A stretch of 55,979 nucleotides of DNA, filler included, from Jimgerdemannia flammicorona (taxonomy: Eukaryota): the NCBI GenBank assembly GCA_003990765.1. It is 3 parts of 3 records of this genome, joined end to end, with 100 filler letters (N's around TTAATTAATTAA, not from the genome) between each part and the next. Parts side by side here need not be neighbours in the genome. Positions count along the whole stretch, not along the records: positions 18,698 to 37,291 come from RBNJ01002168.1; 2 more parts are not named here. One strand, given 5' to 3'. The notes under the pieces were generated by a model. It had not been told where the DNA came from. It ran no database searches and was given only the letters and a program-made list of their open reading frames with translations. This document shows positions 21,301-32,895 of the stretch, in pieces (position 1 is the first letter of the stretch; each line of letters starts with the position of its first letter). The position numbers were made by a program, and so were the translations under genes.

Positions 21301-23301
21301 TGTAAGTGCACAACCTCCAAGCCACTGAAATTACACATCACCCTCTGAACAAAGCCACTGAAATTATACGTGACCTCCGAACAAATCTGGAAATCACCTG
21401 CTTGATCACGAAGCTGAGTCAAACCAAAGTCACAGCGCATAAAGCTGAGTCAATACGAAGTCACAGAACACAAGATCTATACAAACGGAACCTTACCAAT
21501 CAGGACTAAATGCATATACTGAGCACCAAGATACGTCGAATCAGAGAACCAAAACAAACAACAAACCACAACTTCCAAACACACAAACATGACCACTGAG
21601 ATCTATAACCGCATCTGCACTGACATTTGGAATGCCATTATCAACCGAGCCACACTCCCTCTGCCCCTTATGAATATCTATAGTCTGGCACCCCTCTACT
21701 TCATGGAAGCCTGATGGAATGCCCTGAACATGCTTAGCGAGGCTCACCGAATCGGACAAATCTCAAGCTACTACCAGATTGGCCGCCTCTTGGAAGACAT
21801 GGTCGAACACCACCATGATACAGATATTACCCAGATGTCTCAACACCAGAAACTCATTGCCCGCAAACATTGAGAACTCTTCTATGAGTATAACACCTTT
21901 ATTCCCTACCTCCAAGTCACTACCAGTAAAATGGTTGCTACTCTGTCCTATGGCCAAATCGATGACATGATACAAGAACTCAACCACAAGTACCTCGAAT
22001 ACATCCAGACTACAGACAGAACCTTCCCGCACCCTGATGACCACATCCTACAAATGCCTCAAGTCAGATATACCATGAAGGACATCTACAATATAATCCA
22101 CTTTGATGAAGACAAAGCAGAAGACAATGATCCCTCTGACGCTGACATGACCTCTAGCCAAGGATCTCTGCCAACCCTGATCACATCGCCAAACTTACCG
22201 ATGAACTTGCAACAGTTCATAACTGCATACGAGACTTATTGGAACAATGACCACTGGCACAAATACCAACCCACATTCACCCCCGATTACTTCAATTACA
22301 ATGAAGAGACCGGAGAATTCAACCTATACCTCCAGACAACCCTAGAGATTGAACCAACAACCCCACCACCTGAGTATGAGCGACATGAACCACAGCTGCC
22401 AGCTTACTACAACCCTGCAACTCATAGTGCTGTAACCTATAGAAGGTATGCAGACAGTGAATCCGATGAAAGCGAAGACAATACACCCATCCTTCGCCCA
22501 CCAACACCTTATCCAGCATATGAAACAGATGATGCTATCCTGTGGGATGGAGATGAAGTCCCAATGTATTACTACCTCAGCCAACAAGGAGAAGTAATCC
22601 GCGAACCACTCTTCCTAGATGACTACTTCATCAGAGATAATGCAATCGATGGTGATATCATTGAGGACTACCCAGATAGTGCCTAAACCTATAAATAGTC
22701 CAGCAGTCATAGTATAGTTAGATTAGCCTTGTACTACATGACTGCATTCCGACTCAGCAAGACACTTAGTGCTACATCCATATTCAGCATAGTCCAGATA
22801 GCCCCTCACTAGTATAAATACCCTCTCCCCCAGACCTCAGAATCTCAGACTTGAACAATCCGAACACAACTCCTGAGCACTTCCCCACAATATCCCTTCA
22901 TATAACTACTCCTAGTATAGCAATATCATGAATAGCGAATAAACCTATTTAATAACCCACAAACCACTCTTAAGTAAATCCGCTCCCCGTTAGGTCCTAC
23001 TTCTAACCCCGTCATGAAATTTCCTAATTGGGTATTGTCTGCAGTGATACGCCAATTCAACTAAGCTAGTCTTAGTTTCTTGAACTTCCTGAAATACGGA
23101 AAATCCTGAATATCCAGAACTAGTCCAGAAAAGGACTTTGGTTGAGACGTCAACCCAATCTTGAAATCAATAAGTATAGAGGATGTACTCCATATGAAAT
23201 TGATCTTGACCATAAGAAAACGGTCTTCCAGAACATCCAGAATATCCAGAAAACCCTTTCAGAACTACGTAATGGTCACCCTAAAAAGTAACCCTCTTAC
23301 A
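21301..23301 (+). repeat. Family-B 3' LTR (2001 bp)
   Basis: PPT AAAAAGAGGAGAG immediately upstream; TGTAAG...CTTACA termini; TATA-like GTATAAATACCC at ~22812. Confidence 0.93.
21589..22686 (+). pseudogene. Family-B LTR accessory ORF, copy 2
   Basis: 1098 nt in one frame with two TGA; YYQIGRLLEDM...IARKH*ELF. Confidence 0.8.
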
Positions 23302-26024
23302 TATATATTCGTAGAGTATCATCTTTTTTCTTGACAAATAGGACTGGGGAGCCAAAGGGTGACTTGCTTGGCTGAATAGCTCCTTGCTTGATGAGTTCAT
23401 TGAGTTCCTTCTTGACTGCTTCAATTTTGAGTGGAGACATATAGTACATTTTCTTCTTAGGTATAGCTGCATCAGGTACCAACTTGATTTCATGGTCATG
23501 GTCTCTTGAAGGTGGTAGACCAGGTAGTTTGTCCAGAAAGATATCCTTATACTTGTTCAGTATTAACTTGATACTTTCACTAATTGATAGCTTCTTGTCT
23601 TCTTTCTTTGATCAGATCAGTATCACAAAGGCATAGGTAGCTTTCTTGAGGGCCTTCTTGAACTGAATTGCTGAAAGGGTAGCAATTGGGGTTCTTGTCT
23701 GAGTCTTGTCTGGCTTGATGATAATGTTGGCTCTATCCTGAATCAAGATGACTTCATTCTTGGTCCAATCAATCTGAGGGTTGTGTCATGTAAGCCAGAG
23801 TTTGCCTAGGATCAGGTCATGGTCTCCTAGTGGTGCTACCTCGAAATCTAAATATTTCCAGTACTTCTGGATCTTGAGGGGAAGTTTAGTGGTAATTGAG
23901 TCAATTGGTAAGATGGTGCCATCTGCAGTGACAACTCCACCATTCTTGCCAGCTAGTTTGGTAAGAATCTTAAGCTTATTAATGAGGTTCTTGTTGATGA
24001 AGTTCCCAACAGCTCTACTGTCTATGAGAACATCTAGCTCTTGTCCCTTGACTAGACCTTTGAAAATGAGCATTGAATTGGCTCAGTTCTTGGCTATACT
24101 TACAACTTTGTCAGTGCTGCCAAAGCCTTTCTGATCTCGCTTGGTTGGAGACAGCTTGGTGACTTCTTTGATGACTGGTAGGGTGGCTCACTCCAGAATG
24201 AGCTGTGCAATTCTGTCACCTTCATTGACAGTGTATGGTTGGTTCTTGTAGTTGACTAGCAGGACTTACATTTCACCTCAGAAGTCAGGGTCAATGACTC
24301 CAGTACTAATATCTAATGAGTACTTGAGACTGAGGCCAGATCTTGGTGTAATTCTTGCATAATGTTCCTTGGAAATTTTGACTGAAAGGCCAGTTGGAAT
24401 GAGTCTTCTTTCATGTGCAAGAATAGTGACTTGTTGTACTGCTTGAAGATTCAAACCAATGGCTCCTGACTGTGCTTGAAGGATCTGGGTCTTAGGGTTG
24501 ACTCACATGAAATTGAGTACAACTTCTGATTTGACTGGTTGACCTTGGGTGTCTTTGGACAGGACCAGAATCCTCTTTGGTTCAGCAGTTTTCTTGGGAC
24601 ATTTGGTTGCAATATGATCAGGCTAATAGTAAAAGAAGTAGACTCCAGCCTTCTTGAGACACTTCTTTTCCTCAGGTATAAGCTTGCCTTTCTTGTTCTT
24701 GTTAATGGTATCTAGGTCCATGGGGGCAGGTCCAACAGTTCTGACTTTGGGTTCCTCCCTTCTGTGGTTGTTGTTATTATTGAAAGGCAGTCTCTTCTGT
24801 TCAAAGCAGTGATTATAGGTGATGACATCAAACCTATCAGTAATTTTCATTACTGTATTTAGGTCCTTGGGTTCTTCTAGTTCGACATGAACTCAGGTTT
24901 GACCTTTCAGGCCTTGGATGTACTTGTCGACCTTCTTGTCTTCAGTGATATATAGTAATTCTAGCAGGATTGACAGAAATTATGCATTATATGCTTGTAT
25001 AGACTTGAGTTATTTGACATTTACCAGATGGTCTCGCATGGCCTTGGTGCTATTGACTGGTTTGAATTGGTCTTGAATAGTATCAGAGAACTCACCCCAG
25101 GTCTTTATTTAGCCAGAGAATCTGGTGTTCTGGATATGATTTCGCCACCAGATTGCAGTATTTCCTCGGAGGAGTATGGTGGTGAATTGAACTAGTATTG
25201 CTTCTTCTAAATTGGTCAGTTCTCCATATTGCTTCAATTGGAAAAGCCAGGCATCAGTAGACAGTCCTCCTCTTTGACCATCAAAGGTGTTGGGTTTCTG
25301 AGGCTTGATAGTACTGCTGTCAGATGTATTGATGTTGGTAGAGGTGCAGAGGTATGAGCAGAGGTCTTACTTTCCTTTCTTTCTATGCATTCTTGAAGTT
25401 GAGCAATCTGAGCTAATGTGGTCTACAAAAGACTCTCAATGGCCTCATTTGACTAGGTAGGGTTTTGCTGTTCCTCTTTTTCTTGCTAATGGTATGAGGC
25501 ATTGCCTGGACTGTAGGTACTGTATGAAGGATTCCACCCATTGTCCTCCATAGTATTGTGACTGATATCTTAAGAGGTGTCTTAATAAGGCTAGGTGTAA
25601 CTTAACTACTGCTACTAAGTATAATGGTTCTAGTTTCTAAATAAGGAAGTGACTAGTTCTGGTAGTTCTAAGTAGCTTGAGGAGATACTTAAGGGTTCAA
25701 GTATTCTTAAAGGATTTCTGAGAGAAAATATTCTGAGACTTTATTCGTAAGAACAAAGGAGATATTTATATAAGATCTGAAGGAAGGATCCAGAAGGATC
25801 TGAGAAATCAAAAGAAAATATCAAGAGGAAAATTCTTGGCAAAGATGACAAATGATGACAAATAAAGTTCTACAAGTTTCCAGAATATTCTATGACTAGC
25901 TAAATAAGTACTAGTTAATGCTCAGTATCAAGAAGGGGATTTCTAAGTATGTGAAAAGTGCTGGAAGGTTATAGAATATTCAAGAAAGACAGAGAAAAGA
26001 AATAAACTACACTAAAATGTTATA
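23302..26024 (-). mobile_element. Family-C Ty3/Gypsy 5' half: LTR (25620-26024), PBS, gag, dUTPase, protease, start of RT; truncated by the family-B insertion
   Basis: KPQKPNTFDG..WLFQL..AIWW, GPAPMDLD, decayed knuckle, LIDSRAVGNFI, PSKSPFGSPVLFVKKKD; PBS TAGTAGCAGTAG. Confidence 0.9.
24110..24520 (-). pseudogene. dut: dUTPase between gag and protease (family C)
   Basis: AIGLNL, IPTGL, PRSGLS, GVIDPDF*GE, GDRIAQL, RDQKGFGST. Confidence 0.9.
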
Positions 26025-29000
26025 GGTTTAGAGTGTGGAATAGCCAGATAAGAGCAGAATAGTCTGTTTGAATAGTGAAGTGTTTCCTAGCTAGGTAGTA
26101 GTAAAACTTGTCTACTGCCCAAACTACTGCTAAGTATTTAAGCTTGTATGACTTATAGTTCTGTTCTACTCCATAGATACCTCAGCTTATATAGGAGATA
26201 ATATATTCATATCTATCTTTCTTCTGAGCTAAGACTGCTCCAAGTCCTATAGCACTTGTATCTATTTGCAGGATGAGTACTTGGGTCAACCTGGTCTTAA
26301 GTTCATTGAAAGTTTCTTAATATTTCTTGGTCTATTTGAATTTGGTCTCCTTCTTCAGTAGCTCATAGATAGATGCTGTAATATTGGAGTATTCTTTAAT
26401 GAATCTTCTATAGTAGGAGACTAGTCCAAGGAAGGCATAGACTTCTGTAGTTGTCCTGAGTCTTGGGTAGGCTGCAACAGCTCCAATCTTTATAATATCT
26501 GTGTAAATTTCAGTCTGGTTGATGAGATGTCCTAGGTAGATAATTTCCTGAGCTACAAACTTGTACTTCTTGAGCTTGATGTAAAGGCCATGCTTCTTGA
26601 GCTTCTTGAGGGCTAGCTATATATAGTTGATATATTTCCATATAGTATTGCTAAAGATGATCATATTATCAATATAGACAAAGAGCCATTTTTCAATCTC
26701 ATTGCTGAAGACTCTGTTTATCATTCACTGAAAACTTGCTGGAGTATTATACATTCCAAATGGTATTTACAGATAGACATAGGTGGCATCAAGTATAATG
26801 AAGGCTGATTTCTCATTGGTATCTTGAGTGAGACCAATCTGATGGAAGTCTGAGAACAGATCCAAGGTGGTATAGTATTTGGCTTTGCTTCCAAGAATGG
26901 TAAGGATTTCTTGAATATTTAGTAAAGGCTACCTATCCTTTTTGGTGATTACATTGAGCTTCCTGTAATCAATGCAGAGTCTTGAGGCAAACTCTCCAGG
27001 CTTACTTTCTTTCTTTAGGGTGAGGACAATGGGTAAAGTCCAGGGGCTGATAGCTTGTTTGATGATTCTAGCTTCTTTCATTTTCTTGAGTTCTGCTTGC
27101 AGCCATTCTCTGTAGACAGGTGGTATAGGTCTGGCTTTCTGGTAGATGGACTTAGTATCACTGGTGTCAACTTCATAGTAGTACTTAGGTTCTTGATTAT
27201 AGATGTCTGAAGTCTGTGGCAAGTACTCCTTTATTCTGATGCAGAATCTTGAGAAGTTGTTCTTCTAGGAGAAAGTTTTCTCCAATGGTATATATGTGCT
27301 TATTCTGGTCCTTATCTTTCTTATGCTCAAGTTCAGTAATTTTGGTGACAGCATAGGCTCCTCTTCTAGTAGATCCAAAGTCTTGTTCTTCTCTCTTGAT
27401 CTTGATAAGTTTGATGGCTTCAGTAATCTTAGGCTTCTTGACTTCATAGATCAGCATCTGGCCAATCCTATCATACTTCTTGACTTTGAATGGGGTGGTG
27501 GGGTTGTGATTCTTGACTATAAGAAAGATCTTACTAGTATAATCAGAGTTAATTACTCTTCCTTCAACTGAGATTTTGCTTTTGGCCAGACTGCTCCTGG
27601 TCTTGATAATTCTAGTATGATTCTCTGGTAACTTAACTTCAATTCCAGTATCAAGTAGAGTAGTGGTCTGTGGTTTGAGAATAGTATCTTGAATGCTGGC
27701 AAGGTCTATTTCTATAGCTCCTTCAGTCTTGTATTCTGGGATCTTGGCTTCTGGATGAAACTTCTTGACCTTAAGGATGATGTCTGGTTCTTATTCCTCC
27801 TCATCATCACTGTTAGCTTGAAGCTCTGGGGGCTGGTCATCTTCTTCAGCTTTTCTTTTTGCTTCAGCAGCTTCTTGCTCATGTTTTTGTTGGCAGATTT
27901 TTCTGACTTTACTGATATAGAACCATCAGTCATTCAGATGTTCAGAGTAGTACATTCTGGTACCATGGAGACATCTTTCTTAAGGGGCATAGTCATTGAT
28001 GATCTTATTATACTACTGCTCATCTGTAAGCTTAGATATCTTGCTCTTATTCTTATACACTGAGTGCATGAAGACTTCTGTGTCTTCTTCATCTCCTTTC
28101 TCCATGTCTAGTAGTACTCCTTTATGGACATTGATAGAGACTCATACCTTTCTTCCTCTATAGTTGATCTGCATTTTCTGAGCATTGAGGTTAATGATAG
28201 CCTTGGCCTTGTGAAGCCATTGATTGCCAATGAGAATATTATAGTTAGTGACACTTATAACAATCACATCTACTGGGATGGTAGCTTCTCCTATCTTGAT
28301 GGGAACTTCTCTGATCTTGTCTAGAGGGGTAGCTCATATATCATCTGTTGTAACATAGACTATCTTGGTAGACTCTTCAATGTCTCAGCCAAGATAGTCA
28401 ATTGTCTTACTTATGAGATATTCTCTAGTATTGGTATTAATAATGGCATCAAAGATACAATCTTCAATCTGACATAAAGTATAGGCTGATGTCTTATACT
28501 GGTCTTCAGATTCTTTGTCTGAGTCTTCAGATTCTTCTTATGCATTGTGAGCTTCTACAATATTGTACTCTTGATTTTTGATAGTAGTTGTAAGTCCTAC
28601 TCTCAACTGCTGTCTGAAGGCAGAGACTTTAACTAGTTGTCCAAAAGTAGTATTGACCTTTTGTTCTTTGAGATCCTTATAGATATTATACTGGTGGATC
28701 TTGGTCTTGTATAGCTTCTGTTCTTTCTTACTTTCACTTTCTCTTGAGACTAGAGTAGTGTCTTCAATAATTTGGCAGGCAGCTTCATCTAACTCCATAT
28801 CTTGATCAATCTCCTTAAGTTGAGTCTTACTTTAAATAGTAATAGCTGGGGTCTTCTTTAGTCTTCCAACTGGCTTGCTGTTGCTCTTCTTATTATAGGG
28901 CTTGGACTGAGTTCTGGTATCTTTAGTAACAGGGTAGAATTCAGGCTTCTTATAGTATTCTTCATCATCAGTATTACCAATCTCCTTGATGACTACTGCA

Positions 29001-31538
29001 TTAGTTTATTCTCTGGTTCTGATAGTATTACTTGGTTGGGCTTTGCATCTTGTTTCAGTTATGCAACTCTTTATATAGTAGCCTTCTTCTCTATATCTAA
29101 AGTATGTAATATTATATTCTTCTATAGCAACTGCAAATCTCTGTACTGATCTTCTGTTGGTACTTCAGACTTCTCAACAACATTACCAAGATGTACAGTC
29201 ATCTCAGCAAACTGCTTGGTGAGTTCCTCTACTGGATTAGCTTTGGCTGTCTTGGAGATAGATAGGGATGGTTATCTGTTTACAACTATAGTAGGTATGA
29301 TATTAGTTGACTTTGATGGCTCTATCTTGATACTAGTTATTTTCTCTATTGAGTATTCAGCAGAGTGTCTGACAGTCCAATATCTCTATGTAAAGACCAC
29401 TTTCTGGTCAAGGGTCAGAGCAGCTGGGGTAGACTGGATTGCTAGGACAATTTCAGGGTAAACTTCTTTGAGGAAGGTTTAATCTGCTATATGTTCCTTG
29501 AAGCCAAGATAATCTGGTGGCAGATTCAGGTGTAGAATAAGTTGGGATCTTCACTGAGTCTCTGGCAGATAGTGTTGAGTTAATCCTTGAGAGCTTGCTT
29601 AATCTCTTCAGTATAGTATATATATAGTTCTGAGGAAGTTCTTCATGTTGGCCAGTTTAGCTGCACTAGTATCAACAATGGTAACTATATTGAACTTGTC
29701 TCTGGTGGATCCTCTGAGGCTGACACAATTGTATATCCATGGTAAGGGCTTATATGGCAGCAAATTGTTCAAAGTCTTCAATAAAGATCAGAATTGACTC
29801 TTCAGTTATATATCCATAGAATGTAGGGGGACACATTTCCATCTTATTTTAAATTCTTACAAGGGTAACTCTTATAGTCAGGGTAGTTATTATGGTGATT
29901 ATTCATTTTTCAGCTTAAAAGTGAGGAATTTATCTTGAATCACCAGTCAATGAGTACCAAGTTATCATATAGTAGTTGCTGAGTCCTTCAAATACATCAG
30001 ATTCTCTCTAAGATATATCTCTTAGACTAACTATAAGTTTGTTATAAGCAAGTTCTTATTGAAGTATCTTCTCAAAATCTTATAGTCCTCAAACTTCTTA
30101 TCTTTAAACTGCCTTATTATCTCTTAGATTGCTTGTATAGAATTGAGAGTAAGTAAACTAGAACTGACTTTATTTCAAAGGAAATAAGAGGGGTATTTAT
30201 ACAAAATATAATTTAATAGTTACTAAGTTATAAAGCTAAATATAAATTCCAATAATCAAATAAAATATGGAATATAGAAAACTATAGTTGTAAGTACAAG
30301 TTTAAGTGTCTGTACAAATGGTTGCATAAGTCCAGAATGCCAGTAGAATTTCAGTAGTATAGGAAAAGGATATCAGAAGAATTTCTGAGTTATGCAAGAT
30401 CAGAATACTAGAAGAATAACAATTATATAGAAAAAGGATGCTGGTAGAATTCAGTGTTATCAAAAACTTAAAGCAGAATGTTTAGGATCATGGGGGCTTC
30501 ATCTTCATCACTATCATTAAGGCCAGAGGTCAGAGATAAGATATCTTCAAAGGGCAAATGTTTTGTATTTCACATATATTACACAGGATGATGTCATTGC
30601 TGATGATATTATCATAAGAAGTATCATCTCATTTAGCAGTAGCAGAGGCTCTCCAATCTATAACATTCTCTTCTATAAAATAAGGAACAAATATGGAGTC
30701 TTAGAGAGGTCTAATCTAGATACTAGGGTCTTGGAATACTGAGATCAATCCTTACAAGAACTGATCAAGATTGTCCTCAAAGATGGGATTCCAGAACTCT
30801 CCTATCTCATTACTATTAAGAGTGATAGTAGACTGGACTTCTGTGATCACTATAGCCTCCAGTGCATTGGTATAGTGGGCTGACAGTTTCTTGAAGTCTG
30901 AGATCCTAGTATACTCTAAGTTAGGAATCAACTATAGTATATGTCTGAAGACCTGATGAATCTTCTTTACTATCCTTATTTCACATATATCCATAGAGAT
31001 AGTATCTTGAATCTCCTGAAGACTGGCCTGAGAGAATTTCTAGCAGAGGAGGTTTCCTATTTTATACTTCTACCATATCTAGAGGCATTTGATAGCAATA
31101 GTAATCCTTGTTTCTATTTCATAGCAGTAGAGGATATAATGATAAAGGTTGCCAGTATCTAGGTTGAGGCTAGGAATCCTTCTTGTGTAGATCCCTATAG
31201 CTCTTCTGATGTCTTGGAATATCTTTTGTTAGACTGAGAGATCTTGGTGGTTCCTGGACCTTAAGGTTTGGCAAGCAGCAGGTATTTTATTTATAGTAAG
31301 TCTTTAGAACTATTTCTGTGAGTTTTGTTTGGATTGCTACTACTGCAGTTTCTTGATCCTTCTTTTATATTTCTTTGGATGTCTGTCTTATGATCACAAT
31401 AACTCATGGTTGGTCATTATTGCTCATCTTGTAGTCTGAATGAGTTATGCTATATGATCTTCTTATGCTCTAATCTGGTAGCTTATAAGGAAAAACTGTT
31501 CTCTATACTGATGTCATTATTATAAAGTCACCATTATA
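26025..31538 (-). mobile_element. Second family-A element (5' LTR 29963-31538, gag, PR, dUTPase ~27350-27773, RT, part of RNase H); more decayed, cut by family C
   Basis: Colinear with 10560-16080. Confidence 0.92.
30468..31285 (-). pseudogene. Family-A LTR accessory ORF, third copy (divergent subfamily)
   Basis: Colinear with 15039-15838; many stops. Confidence 0.7.
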
Positions 31539-32081
31539 CTATATAGTATAGATAGATTCTATTTACCAACCACTTCTTCTCCAATAGAGATATACTTGAA
31601 GCTATAGCTGAAGATGTTAATTAGATATAAGTAATTTTTTTTATTCATTATATTTTTTAGTTATTATATTTCAAACCAAGACTTATACTTTTTTAAAATT
31701 ATATCAAGATAGTGACCATATGTTAGTAAGTAGCTACTGATCTAATATATACCAATAATGAGAGTGATCTGTAGTTTGAGATTATTAAAGATGAATAGCC
31801 TTGGGCTACTCTATTGGAAGAGGTATATAAAAATCTTTAATGGATTTTGAGATTTTGGTCTTATTGAACTAGTATACTCACATACTCATATATATAATTA
31901 TATAGTTTATTAATATTATATTTACTAATAAGAGAAACTATAATATCAATATAGTTCTATTTATCCATAGTTCTTTTATATATTCTATCAAGTCAAATAT
32001 AAGAAAAAAATTACAGAAGGAAACCTCATGAGTGATAAGTATACTATAGAGGTAATTTCTATATAACTGTTTTCTATTAAG

Positions 32082-32112
<31 letters not shown>

Positions 32113-32189
32113 GTTATTTATTTTTTTTTTTTTTTTTTTTTTTTTAATGGATAATTGATATGTTTTTTTTTTCTTATATTTATTATAAT

Positions 32190-32895
32190 ATAATGGGTGC
32201 TAAGTTCTCCAAGTATGTCAGATTCTCTTCAAGGTGTATCTCTTAGATCAACTACAAGTTTCTTATAAGTAAGTTCTATTAGAATACCTTCCCAAGATCT
32301 TATAGTCCTCAAACTTCTTATCTTTAAACTATTCTGTTGTCTCTTAAATTTGCTTGCTTAGAATTGAGTAGAGGGCTGGAACTTCTGTACTTCTGAGTAG
32401 TTAGGGACTTGAGTATTTGAATACTTGACTACTGACTACTGACTTTATTTTAAAAGAAATGAGAGGAGTATTTATACAAAATATAATTCAATGGTTGCTA
32501 AGTTATAAAACTAAATATAAATTTCAATAACCAAATAAATAAGGTACTTGAATACAGAAAACTTCAGTTATAAGTATAAATTTGAGTGTCTGTACAATTG
32601 GTTATATAAGATCAGAATTCTAGAAGAATTTCAATAGTTATGCAAGATCAGAATGCTGAAATAATTCCAATAGTTACATAAAGAACTCAGAGCAGAATAT
32701 TCAGAATACTGGAGACTTCATCTTCATTATTATTATCAAGGCTAAAGGTCAGAGACAGGATGTCTTTAAAGAAAATGAGGTCAGTGAATGTTTTATCTAT
32801 CTTATATATTTCATATATATATTTCATATATATTATATAGTAGTGGGATAATATTATCATATTTAGCAGTAGCAGAGAGAAGAGTAAGAATCCTC
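32190..32895 (-). repeat. Partial family-A-like LTR (U5/R/distal U3), interrupted by the LINE
   Basis: Similar to 29970-30650. Confidence 0.8.
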
